From the IMG/VR virus record IMGVR_UViG_3300010413_002075, positions 1-62,779 of that record: a stretch of DNA of 62,779 nucleotides. The stretch is one strand, 5' to 3'. The stretch is from a virus (lineage: Duplodnaviria > Caudoviricetes). Below are positions 39,428 through 49,270 of this stretch, piece after piece (positions within the stretch are counted from its first letter, which is position 1; each line of letters opens with the position of its first letter). The notes beneath the pieces are model-generated. The model worked only from the letters and a program-made list of their open reading frames with translations. It did not search any database and had not been told where the DNA came from. A program made the translations under genes and the position numbers.

Positions 39428-40055
39428 TAATGTCTTTTAGAGTAATCTCTCTGTTCATCTTGTTATTGGTGGTTACGAATTGAATTACAACCTCTGCCAA
39501 TATAGAAGAAGTAAGATGAACTAAATTTGCTGCAAGAGGATAATCGCATATATCATCTTGCTTAACTTCAACCTTTGGAATTGAATAATTTTCATTCCAC
39601 TTGATTTCAGCAAACCCATCGTCGCTCATTCCAGCGTGTACACATGGTATTTTCAAATTGTTGCAAGTCTTTTTAACCATGCCTCTGCTTTCCCAATTAT
39701 CAAAGGCGTCTACGACTAAATCGTGACCTTTGAGCAGCTTTGAGACATTATTCTGCCGTAATTCTTTATCTACCGAATTGATTACTTTCCGGGTTGCCTG
39801 GTGCATTAAAGATTTTAATGCGCTAGTCTTCTTCTGTCCCACATCTCTTAATGTATAAATTTGAGTTGCTACATTTTTTGCCTCAACTCTATCCATATCA
39901 ATTACCGTTATATGTTCTACTCCTTGTCGCAAAAGATTATTTACCAAATTAGAGCCAATCGCACCGGCTCCACAAATACATATTTTTATAGATTGCATTT
40001 TCTTAAAATCTTCGGAGCTACGGTATTCGATTTCATGTTCATGTTCTTTGCTCAT
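39411..40055 (-). CDS. ThiF/E1-like adenylyltransferase
   Basis: GAGAIGS, DMDRVE..N..TQ, GQKK, VDAFDN; single late Cys in DICDYP. Confidence 0.9.
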   Translation of the reverse strand: MSKEHEHEIEYRSSEDFKKMQSIKICICGAGAIGSNLVNNLLRQGVEHITVIDMDRVEAKNVATQIYTLRDVGQKKTSALKSLMHQATRKVINSVDKELRQNNVSKLLKGHDLVVDAFDNWESRGMVKKTCNNLKIPCVHAGMSDDGFAEIKWNENYSIPKVEVKQDDICDYPLAANLVHLTSSILAEVVIQFVTTNNKMNREITLKDISVHKI

Positions 40056-40057
40056 AA

Positions 40058-40639
40058 TTATTCTTCTTTCGTCATGGTTCCTATAAGAGATTGTATTGTG
40101 TCTACCAATGTATTAAATCCATTTACCATATCATTTTGAACTCTTTGAATTTCCTCTATCGCAATCATTATTTCACTAATATCGTTTTCACGGTCATCAT
40201 CAGGAACTCCTTCATTTATACCAAAATCGGCCCGCTCCCAAATTTTTACCCCCTCCAACGATACTGCATAATTAACATCATTGGTAGTGCCTACCAAAGT
40301 AGTGGACACAATAACATTATTGCCATCTTTAGAAAATATCCATGCTTTGAGTGAATCATTTGTTTCTATCAAACATACTAGGCTTTTTCCCAAACACCTC
40401 ACCCATTGTTTCATAGTTTCTATATCAATAGAACTCATCTCGGTTACACCTGGAGGATGTGTGTGATAGAATCCAGCTACATCATGGTAGGTATCTTCTC
40501 TATTATAAACTTTTTGATAATCGAATCTAACTTCGCTGGACATATGCTGTGTACAATATTCTGTACCAGTAAGTATTACACTATGTCTAGTTTTGTCGGT
40601 TTCGATTAGCAATTTATATTCTTCATAAAATCTTTCCAT
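40058..40639 (-). CDS. JAB/MPN+ metallo-isopeptidase
   Basis: Exact H-x-H-x7-S-x2-D motif (HTHPPGVTEMSSID). Confidence 0.8.
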   Translation of the reverse strand: MERFYEEYKLLIETDKTRHSVILTGTEYCTQHMSSEVRFDYQKVYNREDTYHDVAGFYHTHPPGVTEMSSIDIETMKQWVRCLGKSLVCLIETNDSLKAWIFSKDGNNVIVSTTLVGTTNDVNYAVSLEGVKIWERADFGINEGVPDDDRENDISEIMIAIEEIQRVQNDMVNGFNTLVDTIQSLIGTMTKEE

Positions 40640-40640
40640 A

Positions 40641-41177
40641 TTAATACAATCTCCTCAACACTTGGATTACATCCCATGCATCATCTACAGCATCGTGTGT
40701 AACTTCTCCATCTATACCAAGATTCTTTTTGATTTCATCCAAAGATTGTGGTTTGTCTAAATCCCAATTCATAAATGCGCTGCCAGGATCTATTGTGCGA
40801 TGAATAAATCTATTTTTTATTTCGTCAGGAAGAAATTGTATGTCAAATCCAGCAACATTTTTTCCTGCTGCTACAGCTCTTTCATCTCCAAAATGCTGAC
40901 CTAGAAACTCCAAAGCCTTGGCGGGCCATTGATGCGCACTATATATGGGATATTTGCTTTCATCTTTTTTAGCCAATGCTTCAAAAATCCATCCATTAAG
41001 CCAAAGAGCAAACGGGGAGCCCTCATACCTACCATGCTGCACAAAGCATGCAAAAGTGGGCAATTTTTCTCTTGGCAGTTTATTCTTCGTATCTTCAACT
41101 ATCATAGCTACCATAAGGATTTGGTCTCTTTTACGATCTAATCCTGTGGTCTCTAAATCAATACTCACATATTTCAT
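40641..41177 (-). CDS. DEDDh 3'-5' exonuclease (oligoribonuclease/DnaQ-like)
   Basis: IDLETTG, NVAGFD, HDAVDD. Confidence 0.85.
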   Translation of the reverse strand: MKYVSIDLETTGLDRKRDQILMVAMIVEDTKNKLPREKLPTFACFVQHGRYEGSPFALWLNGWIFEALAKKDESKYPIYSAHQWPAKALEFLGQHFGDERAVAAGKNVAGFDIQFLPDEIKNRFIHRTIDPGSAFMNWDLDKPQSLDEIKKNLGIDGEVTHDAVDDAWDVIQVLRRLY

Positions 41178-41194
41178 ACTGCTTCCTTTCCCTG

Positions 41195-42139
41195 TTAATA
41201 ATCGTCATCATAGTAATCGTCGTCGTATGTATCCCTATCTCGATTACCATACATGTCCCAATAGCTACGTTCACTCATACCGCCTCTGCCAACATGAACA
41301 GTTCGGCCGTGCTGTTGTCCTTGTCTGCAAACAGTAACTAAAGATTGTAAATCAAATGTCTGATCTCCACCGGCCAAGCATATGCCAGCAGTTACTACCG
41401 AAAGATCATTCTTTTTTAATACTGAAGTGTATTTGGATTTAGTGTGTTTGTCCTGCCATTGTACTTCTACATTTTCGCCACGTTCTATAAACTTATCCAA
41501 AATTGCACCAGTTTTGTTAAATTCATCCTCAAGCCGTTTTTCTAGATGAGATTTATTGGCTTCTTTATGAAATTCAACAGCATATGTAAATGCAATATTT
41601 TCTTCTGGAGTAAGCCCTGATTTTATTTCATCTGTAATTGAATAATTGCGCCGTTCGAGTCTATCTCTTAATTTTTCTTTGCGCTCAATATCATCTCCGA
41701 ATTTAGCTGAGTCAAACCAAAAATTGGCTCCATCAAATCTAGCTTCTACAACATCCATTACTTCGATATTATCAGCTACTAAAATAGGAACCAATTGTGG
41801 CTTAACCTGAAATCGATGTTCAAAGGCATTAGCTTGTGCTGGAAATCCCAGCCATCTGCCGGCTTTAGCAACCAAGATAAACTCTACCTTTGGCAACAGA
41901 TGTAAATAATCATCTATTTCGTATCTTTCAGCCTCTCTGATTAATTCAGCCGTATTGGCGTCAGCGGCCATAAACACACCAAAGCCATCGCCCTTAAATT
42001 TCTGAGTTTTAAGTTTATAGATGACCTTGTTGATACGCAGCATTATCTGCGCACCGCCTTTAATATAAGGAGCAAATATTTCTTTGTCTAAGAATTCTCG
42101 CTCCTGAGATGCTAATTTATTTAGTAGATCTTTTATCAT
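41195..42139 (-). CDS. Hypothetical protein with C-terminal GICL motif (candidate E2-like)
   Basis: 314 aa; VVTAGICLAGGDQTFDLQSLV. The E2 assignment is inference from the motif and neighbours. Confidence 0.6.
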   Translation of the reverse strand: MIKDLLNKLASQEREFLDKEIFAPYIKGGAQIMLRINKVIYKLKTQKFKGDGFGVFMAADANTAELIREAERYEIDDYLHLLPKVEFILVAKAGRWLGFPAQANAFEHRFQVKPQLVPILVADNIEVMDVVEARFDGANFWFDSAKFGDDIERKEKLRDRLERRNYSITDEIKSGLTPEENIAFTYAVEFHKEANKSHLEKRLEDEFNKTGAILDKFIERGENVEVQWQDKHTKSKYTSVLKKNDLSVVTAGICLAGGDQTFDLQSLVTVCRQGQQHGRTVHVGRGGMSERSYWDMYGNRDRDTYDDDYYDDDY

Positions 42140-42443
42140 TTTCTAATCCAGCTAACTTGACTGTCAAAGAATCGGTCTTTTGTGTTCTTAAGAGTTTAAG
42201 CTTTTTTGCTCGTTCTAATATTTCTTCTTTGACAGCTGCTATTTGTATATTGGCCGATTCTATTTCGGCATCACAAGATGATAAGTACAGATGTTCTGCA
42301 GAATGTTCATTTCCACGAATAATACAACACAGTTTGTCTCTTTTAATTCTTATTTCGTCTATAGCCCCGCTTCTAACTTCGCTGTTTGATCCACTTACCC
42401 AATAAACATTTTGTCCAATTTTTATTTCTTCAAAAATAATCAT
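42117..42443 (-). CDS. Hypothetical protein (GQxVY motif)
   Basis: IKIGQNVYWV followed by a coiled coil. Confidence 0.6.
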   Translation of the reverse strand: MIIFEEIKIGQNVYWVSGSNSEVRSGAIDEIRIKRDKLCCIIRGNEHSAEHLYLSSCDAEIESANIQIAAVKEEILERAKKLKLLRTQKTDSLTVKLAGLENDKRSTK

Positions 42444-42688
42444 TATACCGCATCCATAAAAGTTTCGGCTATACCTTCTCCTACTGAGAATTTATGTTGA
42501 CCAAAATCTAAATCTAATACACGAATATTAAAAAGACCCATATCAGGCAAATCTACATATGATTCACCTACTATTTTTCCGCAATCCCCAATATCTAAAT
42601 TGATATTTCCAGATTGATATTTGAGTTTGATCATAACCATTCGCCCAACGGCAAATTTTTTGGCTTTAAAATTTAATACTCGCATCAT
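42443..42688 (-). CDS. Hypothetical protein
   Basis: 81-aa coupled ORF. Confidence 0.55.
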   Translation of the reverse strand: MMRVLNFKAKKFAVGRMVMIKLKYQSGNINLDIGDCGKIVGESYVDLPDMGLFNIRVLDLDFGQHKFSVGEGIAETFMDAV

Positions 42689-42695
42689 TAGACTG

Positions 42696-42719
42696 AAAGG
42701 GCCCCATTTGGGGCCCTTT
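42696..42719 (-). terminator. GC-rich hairpin after the Ro-like gene
   Basis: AAAGGGCCCC-AAAT-GGGGCCCTTT; short U tract. Confidence 0.6.
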
Positions 42720-42722
42720 ACC

Positions 42723-44252
42723 TCATTTGATTACCCGTACCATCTTCTTATCGAATTCTTCTCTAGTTGGTAGCGGAGTTTGTAAAATTTCCTCTAGCAA
42801 GTCTACTCTGCTTGGTTTAGTAAGCAAAGGTATCAGATTTGGAATAGAATAGTAATCTGCACCAGATGGTACATGAATAGCATCATATTCGATTCCTTCT
42901 GCAGCACACTCTCGCTCAAGTTTGTCACAACTCCACTTGCCGCAATTGACAAAAACAACCTTTGGCATAAAACCAAACTTCTTTTTGTAGGCACGCATTT
43001 CTTCTATAAATAATGGATTTCTATTTTCTCCTTGATCGGTTACCATTATGATTTGTTCAACCATTTGGTTGCGGCCACGCAAATGATGTATGCCGGCACC
43101 GCATGATGTGGCATTACGAGCTTTAATCATCTTCATGGCTTTTTGCCAGTCGTCAAGTGAATTGCTCACGCAAGTAATTGGTACAGCTACAACATCAGCG
43201 GCATAGCAGTAGAAATCGCCTTCAACTATTGTTGAAATCATCGCACCTATGCCTTTACCAATTTCAATTGCTTCGGTCATTGATTGCGATTTATCAATTA
43301 TTAGTGCAGTGCTACGCTTAATAGTTCCTTTGCGCTTTAATTGTTCGCTAGATATATCAACCAATTGTTTTGCAGTTTCACTGTCTACACCAGCAGTTTC
43401 AGCTGCCTTAGCGGCTTTCAACGCATCGACCTTCTTAGATTTCTTAACTTTCTTCAGCTTAATATCTACAAGAGACTTTATGTCCTTATTATCTAAAGCT
43501 CCACGCTTTTTCAAGGCGCCAAGATTTACTAGAAGCTCTTGATCTGTCATGTTATTGATCAATGCTGCTATTACTGTAGGAGTCATATTTTTTATAGCAC
43601 CCACTGCAGTAGTGTATGGTATCTTGTGTTCCACTATAAGCTTAGCTTGTTCTACTGGGTCATTTTCGCCAGCCAAAAGCTTTATTTGATACAGCTTAGA
43701 ATCTTTTGGTGGTTGATCTTCAAACAGAATGGCCTGAGCGCGTGTCACTTGACATTCTTCACCATCTACTACTACCGTAGTATCTTCGTCTTGATGAGCG
43801 CCAGGCTTTAATCTAAATGAAGAATAAAGACCTGTAAGCGCATTTCTCTGACGTGCAGCAACGGCTCCATCGAATCTAGAATCATTAAGCTCAAAATCTT
43901 TTAAATAGGTTTTGACCGCCGATTTCATTACACGAGGCGGATTCTTTTTGAATACCTTCTTAACATGATTCTTGATCTTTTCTACTTGATATGGAGGGAA
44001 ATTCTGCAAAAGAACATATCCTACTTCTCTATGTTCTGGGAATTCGCTCAATAGCAAAGTAGCAACAAACACTTCCTTGTGATCTCGAATGTCGGTATTC
44101 TCCATTGCCCATACGGCCAAATGTCCGTAGAATAATGGATCCTGATCAATCATACTCTTATGAGTTTCTACTACGCGACCAATGTCACGGTGAGTAGAAT
44201 CTAGTAACGAGTTTAAAATTTGTAATCTTACATCTTGCTCTTTGCTTGCCAT
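42723..44252 (-). CDS. Ro60/TROVE-like protein with C-terminal vWA domain
   Basis: 509 aa, similar in size to Ro60; helical N-domain with M...ELLVNLG resembling Ro60 MP..ALLRNLG; MIDAS DKSQS...T...TD..EN. Confidence 0.75.
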   Translation of the reverse strand: MASKEQDVRLQILNSLLDSTHRDIGRVVETHKSMIDQDPLFYGHLAVWAMENTDIRDHKEVFVATLLLSEFPEHREVGYVLLQNFPPYQVEKIKNHVKKVFKKNPPRVMKSAVKTYLKDFELNDSRFDGAVAARQRNALTGLYSSFRLKPGAHQDEDTTVVVDGEECQVTRAQAILFEDQPPKDSKLYQIKLLAGENDPVEQAKLIVEHKIPYTTAVGAIKNMTPTVIAALINNMTDQELLVNLGALKKRGALDNKDIKSLVDIKLKKVKKSKKVDALKAAKAAETAGVDSETAKQLVDISSEQLKRKGTIKRSTALIIDKSQSMTEAIEIGKGIGAMISTIVEGDFYCYAADVVAVPITCVSNSLDDWQKAMKMIKARNATSCGAGIHHLRGRNQMVEQIIMVTDQGENRNPLFIEEMRAYKKKFGFMPKVVFVNCGKWSCDKLERECAAEGIEYDAIHVPSGADYYSIPNLIPLLTKPSRVDLLEEILQTPLPTREEFDKKMVRVIK

Positions 44253-44254
44253 CT

Positions 44255-44446
44255 TTATTCTCCTTTAGGCCAAATTGGGAATACCTTTTCGCCACCTTTT
44301 TCATGGTATGCATAAACTACATAGCCATTGCCAATCTGTTGCTTTTCAACTTTTGTAACTGTAGCGCCCCATAGCAATATATACATATACAGCCCTTTAA
44401 GATATTCCTGTCGCCATCCTTCTCTTTGTAAATCTAATTCTTTCAT
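44255..44446 (-). CDS. Small hypothetical protein
   Basis: 63-aa coupled ORF. Confidence 0.5.
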   Translation of the reverse strand: MKELDLQREGWRQEYLKGLYMYILLWGATVTKVEKQQIGNGYVVYAYHEKGGEKVFPIWPKGE

Positions 44447-44688
44447 TGGAATGAAACCGATATATTCTCTCCAGGTTCTTTCTTGCGATAACTACTCACA
44501 GTAATAGAATTTTGTGATTGGTCGCTCGCGGTACGAATGAATACATACCTAGAGTTATTAAAATAGGCGTCATGAAAACAAACACGCATTTGTCTGTCTA
44601 AATAACTAACTATTTCAGATTCACACTTCCCCGTATCAACGTCCCACATATCTACCATACGATTTTTCATATCAATCTTCTTCTGCAT
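44443..44688 (-). CDS. Small hypothetical protein
   Basis: 81-aa coupled ORF. Confidence 0.5.
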   Translation of the reverse strand: MQKKIDMKNRMVDMWDVDTGKCESEIVSYLDRQMRVCFHDAYFNNSRYVFIRTASDQSQNSITVSSYRKKEPGENISVSFQ

Positions 44689-45823
44689 TTTGACTGCTCC
44701 TTATGGCATTAACGGTGCCAATTATTCGATCTGCTGCATAGTTTATATCTTCGTCGGTTGTCCACCTGCCAAGACCAAACCTAATAGCACAATCTGGATA
44801 TGGGGTTCCTAATGCCTCAATAACGTGTGATGGCTCTAGATCCCCCGATGTACAGGCTGAACCCCCAGATATAATAACATCGTCCAGCCCTTTTACTAAA
44901 ATCTCCGCCTTTATACCTTTTATAGTGATATTTAGATTGTTTGGCAAGCGATTTTTCATTGTTCCGTTAATAAATGCATCAGGCAATTCTTTGTGAATAA
45001 TATTCCATAGTTTATTTCGCAGTTTCTTAATACGCTTATTTTCTTCTTTTCCTTCTTTTTCAAGAATTTCACATGCCTTGCCAATCCCTACTATAGCCGG
45101 GACATTTTGAGTTCCAGATGTTACTATATTCTGATAACCCCCATGAATTATGGGTTTTATTTTACTTATATCCCTAACATATAAAGCCCCAACTCCTTTT
45201 GGGCCATATATTTTATGACCACTCATTGTCAAAGCAAATATGTTCATTTCATCAACATCTATGTCAATTTTTCCAATTGCTTGAGTTGCATCAGTATGGA
45301 ATAAAGCTCCATATTTTTTACACAAAGCTCCTATTTTTTTAAGATCATGAATAGTGCCTATTTCATTATTGGCAGCAATTATAGAAACTAAAACTGATTC
45401 ACATGATGCATACGATTTAAGTCTAGATTCCAATTCTTTTAGAGATATGTTTCCTTCTTTATTTATTTTAAAATAAACTATATAAGCATTATCTGGAGCA
45501 TTGTCAATAGACTTAACAACAGAAGAATGTTCGGTGTTAGTAGTAAACAAGCTTCTCCATTCATTTAAATCATCGCCCCACCAACTATTTAGAATTATGT
45601 TATTGGCCTCAGTGGCAGAGTTGGTAAAATAGATATTGTCCGACTTTGCCTTAATTATAGAGGCTACTTGTTTTTTAGCATGTTCGATGGCTCTAGCGGC
45701 ATCTTCGCCAAATCGATGGGCCGACGCTGGGTTGCCGAAGCGCTCAGAAAAAAATGGCAGCATGGCTTCGGCAACCCTTTTATCAACAGGAGAAGTAGAA
45801 TGATAATCGAGATAAATTTCCAT
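44672..45823 (-). CDS. iscS: Cysteine desulfurase (IscS/NifS class I)
   Basis: IYLD..STSP, GNPAS.H, HTDATQ, SGHKIYGPKG, SGGSACTSG. Confidence 0.93.
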   Translation of the reverse strand: MEIYLDYHSTSPVDKRVAEAMLPFFSERFGNPASAHRFGEDAARAIEHAKKQVASIIKAKSDNIYFTNSATEANNIILNSWWGDDLNEWRSLFTTNTEHSSVVKSIDNAPDNAYIVYFKINKEGNISLKELESRLKSYASCESVLVSIIAANNEIGTIHDLKKIGALCKKYGALFHTDATQAIGKIDIDVDEMNIFALTMSGHKIYGPKGVGALYVRDISKIKPIIHGGYQNIVTSGTQNVPAIVGIGKACEILEKEGKEENKRIKKLRNKLWNIIHKELPDAFINGTMKNRLPNNLNITIKGIKAEILVKGLDDVIISGGSACTSGDLEPSHVIEALGTPYPDCAIRFGLGRWTTDEDINYAADRIIGTVNAIRSSQNAEED

Positions 45824-45831
45824 ATCTAACC

Positions 45832-46689
45832 TTATAGAGAAATATTAAATTTTCCGCGTTGTCTGGTTTTTGTATCTCGGTTATTTGGTATATCAAATGG
45901 ATCTCCTAGCCAAACAACTTTTTCTTGATTGACGTCACCAGACAGCCTGTAACAATAAAATGAACTTACTGTTCCATCAGCTCGTACGCGTTCTATAATA
46001 TTAGTCATTTTTAATCCAAATCCCAGCTCTTCTAATTCAGGATTTGGATGGACCAATGTAGCCGCACCATCAAATCCTGAAATACTCAATGGGTTTGGAA
46101 ATGTTAACATAGGACGAGTTCTATCAAGCCCATCTCCAAAAGATCCTAATCCTATCTTTTTCTTACGTTCGCCTGTAATGTTTAGATAGAACTTAAAATC
46201 TTCATTCAAAAGATTACCATCTACCAATGCTAAGGCGGTCAATGTAGTGCGTGCAGTATCACCATATGGATTTTCTGAACACATAAATAGATAGAAACTG
46301 CGAATATCTAATGGTTTATTGTCTGCATAAACACGCACTTTGCCGCAAGGAGGAGTGCTATTATAGTCTATGCTAGATGCTCTAGATATAGCGCCATTCT
46401 TGGCACGGCTAACGCGTTTCAGCTCTATAGCCACGATATGTTCAATATTGTCCAATTTGTTCATATCTAATTTGTCAGCATCATAAAGAACTATATCAGG
46501 AGAAACCAATGGCCCAGATCGTTCACATTCAACATCAAGATTGGATAGAACATTATTAGCCATATATTCATCTAATGGATCATCCTGCGTATTTTTCTTT
46601 TGTCTTAAGAAAAAATCCGTTGGTTTCATGTCATCATCAAAGAAATGTTTTCTCAACATGATGAATGCATTAATTGGAATATCATTCAT
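45832..46689 (-). CDS. Restriction-endonuclease-like PD-(D/E)XK protein
   Basis: SPDIV...IELK spacing and size typical of type II REases; family not determined. Confidence 0.5.
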   Translation of the reverse strand: MNDIPINAFIMLRKHFFDDDMKPTDFFLRQKKNTQDDPLDEYMANNVLSNLDVECERSGPLVSPDIVLYDADKLDMNKLDNIEHIVAIELKRVSRAKNGAISRASSIDYNSTPPCGKVRVYADNKPLDIRSFYLFMCSENPYGDTARTTLTALALVDGNLLNEDFKFYLNITGERKKKIGLGSFGDGLDRTRPMLTFPNPLSISGFDGAATLVHPNPELEELGFGLKMTNIIERVRADGTVSSFYCYRLSGDVNQEKVVWLGDPFDIPNNRDTKTRQRGKFNISL

Positions 46690-47771
46690 TTTTGGGCAAT
46701 TACCTTTCTGACTTGATCATATCCAAATTTTAACATAAGCGGCAGGGCAACATATGGGTTCATTTCTGGATCTGGCAATCTAAATTCTAATCTTTTTCCG
46801 TCTCCAGGAATACGCACTGTTTTAGTTCTATCGTGCCATCCCCATCCATTATTTTCTTTCGTTGGTGCCTCAAATCCAGGAACTAATCGTTTAGAACTAG
46901 TATCGCCTACACAACATACTTCTAACAGTTCATCATAATGATCAACTAAACCTTGTGCATAGGCTTCAACGAATTTAGAGTTAGATACCACCTTATAGGC
47001 GTAGGGTTGTTCTTGATAAAAAACTGGTTCTACTTTTCTCATTAATGGAATGCTTTGATGAACATGACACCCGCTGCCATTTAAATTATCAAATGGTTTC
47101 GCTCGAAAATCTGCTATGTATCCAAACTCTTTACAGGTATTAGACACTATATATTTGAAAAGCATCATTTGGTCACATATGTTTAATAACTTGCCACATT
47201 CCCAAGAAAACTCGCATTGGCCTGGTGCAACTTCGTGATGTATTGCTTCCACTCTGAAGCCTGCTTTTTCTAATCGCTCAGCTATGGTGTTTCTAACATT
47301 TTGAAATTTATCTAATGGTGGCAAACATCCATACCATTTATATTGTTCTTCATTAGCTAAATCTGTAAAAGTATTAATATCGATTGGAATATAACGATCA
47401 GCACTATCAAATGTGCAAACAAAAAATTCTGGTTCAACGCCGAACAACGCTCCATTAGTTTGATCATCCTGTATCATTGCTTTGTAAGCTTCTTTGCGAA
47501 AACATTTACTAAGATTGATACGATTTTCAAATCCTTCTGGATTATCCACAAAACAAAAAACGCTGTCCATTTGTCTTATTGGATCAAAATGTTTAGATTC
47601 TGTATCAGGTACTAATAACATATCACTAGCATCAGTTGGACAAAATCCAAAGGAACTCCCATCAAAATACGTATTGGGTAATTTTTTACCAGCTCTAATT
47701 ATTTTGTCTCTCAAGTTTCCTTGTGAGTCAATAAATTTATAGCTGATAAAGTTTGTACTTTTTATTGTCAT
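46686..47771 (-). CDS. glnA: Glutamine synthetase-like protein (C-terminally short)
   Basis: FDGSS, EPEFF, HHEVAPGQCE, KPF...NGSGCHVHQS, RLVPGFEAP, RLEFRLPD...NPY. Confidence 0.85.
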   Translation of the reverse strand: MTIKSTNFISYKFIDSQGNLRDKIIRAGKKLPNTYFDGSSFGFCPTDASDMLLVPDTESKHFDPIRQMDSVFCFVDNPEGFENRINLSKCFRKEAYKAMIQDDQTNGALFGVEPEFFVCTFDSADRYIPIDINTFTDLANEEQYKWYGCLPPLDKFQNVRNTIAERLEKAGFRVEAIHHEVAPGQCEFSWECGKLLNICDQMMLFKYIVSNTCKEFGYIADFRAKPFDNLNGSGCHVHQSIPLMRKVEPVFYQEQPYAYKVVSNSKFVEAYAQGLVDHYDELLEVCCVGDTSSKRLVPGFEAPTKENNGWGWHDRTKTVRIPGDGKRLEFRLPDPEMNPYVALPLMLKFGYDQVRKVIAQK

Positions 47772-48376
47772 AACTCACCTCGTGCCATACGATCAATGAT
47801 TGGGAACATAAAATTATTGTCCGCATCTTTCAATAATGGTGCTTGGGCATCTTTATCTGATATTTTGAATGCTTTATTATCATACCAGTGTTGTGGTCCC
47901 CATTCTATTCCAATTTCTGGATCATTCCATCTGATACATCTGTCATGCTCAGCTGAATAATACTCAGTGACTTTATACACTACATGGGCTATATGTAATC
48001 CATATGCCAAGAATCCGTGCGCAAATCCTGGCGGAATATATAACATACGTCCATTATTTTCGTCTAATTCTACCTTGACCCATTTGCCATAAGTTTTAGA
48101 CCATTTTCTAATATCAACTGCTACATCTACAATATGTCCAGCCACACAGTATACCAATTTTCCTTGTGCTTTTGGGTTTAATTGATAATGTAAGCCACGC
48201 AGGCAGGGCGGCGCAGAGCGTGAATGATTCTCTTGAACGAAGGGAGGAATTCCGTTCATCCGAAACTCATTGTCTCGGAAAGACTCTGAGAAAAATCCAC
48301 GGCCATCTTTAAAGCGCCGCCCCTCTATGATAACAACTTCTGGTAATTCAGAAGTTGGAATAAATGTGAATGACAT
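47768..48376 (-). CDS. rmlC: dTDP-4-dehydrorhamnose 3,5-epimerase
   Basis: DGRGFFSE, QENHS.S, LRGLHYQ, DVAVDIR, GFAHGF, WNDP. Confidence 0.93.
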   Translation of the reverse strand: MSFTFIPTSELPEVVIIEGRRFKDGRGFFSESFRDNEFRMNGIPPFVQENHSRSAPPCLRGLHYQLNPKAQGKLVYCVAGHIVDVAVDIRKWSKTYGKWVKVELDENNGRMLYIPPGFAHGFLAYGLHIAHVVYKVTEYYSAEHDRCIRWNDPEIGIEWGPQHWYDNKAFKISDKDAQAPLLKDADNNFMFPIIDRMARGEL

Positions 48377-48377
48377 G

Positions 48378-48866
48378 TTATTTGCCTTTAATTGCCTGCG
48401 TCATTTCTTCGTAATCTGTAAATCTAGTGCGCATTTCGTCTTCTATGTCTTCTCTTGATGTGCCCTTTTCAAACAATAAAAATTCAAGAACCTGGCTATC
48501 GGTTGGCTTGGCCAACGAACAACATGGACAGCGAGAAGCCGGCATATTATATCGTTCCTCACTACACAATTCATCAGAGTATAGATCATCTAATTGTTCT
48601 TCGTGCTCCATCTCGTTGATTTCATCTCTCGTGCTTTCCCATTCAGCCAACTGCAAGCAGTATTCTTTCTTTTCTTCAAAAGTCATTTCTTCATATATTA
48701 CATCAGATTCTGATAAATGTTCATCACACAAAACGTGCCCATTTACACACTCACTCATTTCAGCTTCAGATAATCCCAAATCCCAACCGGAGACGTTCTC
48801 TCCACACACATCACAAGTAAATGAGCTAGAGCTAGAATTACTTACAAATCCATTTCTTATCTTCAT
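48378..48866 (-). CDS. FVSNSSSSSF-motif protein 1 (Cys-rich)
   Basis: MKIRNGFVSNSSSSSF followed by CDVC, C.NGH..C, CPCC. Confidence 0.75.
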   Translation of the reverse strand: MKIRNGFVSNSSSSSFTCDVCGENVSGWDLGLSEAEMSECVNGHVLCDEHLSESDVIYEEMTFEEKKEYCLQLAEWESTRDEINEMEHEEQLDDLYSDELCSEERYNMPASRCPCCSLAKPTDSQVLEFLLFEKGTSREDIEDEMRTRFTDYEEMTQAIKGK

Positions 48867-49261
48867 TAGTAGCCGCCTTCCGAATGAATAATTTCTATTT
48901 TATTTTCATCAACTTTTCCATGTAACCCAGAGTAGCATAACATGGTTTCTTCACCTTCAGTTCCCTCATCAGAAAACATACCAAAAATAACTGTTTTGCC
49001 ACTCCTAATTGCCTCTAAGCATTGCTGATATTTTCTGGCCTGCCAAGGTTCGGAATTATCGTTTTCATCTGGATTATAACAATAACAATAGCTAAACCAC
49101 TCTTTTAATTCTTTAATAGAAGATACAACCTTGTTGGCATAATCTTTCAAGTCTACTTCAAATGTTAAAGTTATTTTAGTTTTGCCTTTGCCTTTGCCGT
49201 CAACTGCAACTATAAAACTGCTAGAACTTGAATTAGACACAAATCCTGATCTTACTTTCAT
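48866..49261 (-). CDS. FVSNSSSSSF-motif protein 2
   Basis: MKVRSGFVSNSSSSSF. Confidence 0.75.
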   Translation of the reverse strand: MKVRSGFVSNSSSSSFIVAVDGKGKGKTKITLTFEVDLKDYANKVVSSIKELKEWFSYCYCYNPDENDNSEPWQARKYQQCLEAIRSGKTVIFGMFSDEGTEGEETMLCYSGLHGKVDENKIEIIHSEGGY

Positions 49262-49270
49262 TATTGCTCC

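Noticed and set aside
44672-46689. IscS plus nuclease as a Dnd/Ssp phosphorothioation system
   Set aside because: No DndC/SspD (PAPS reductase-like) or other dnd/ssp genes are recognisable in the window.
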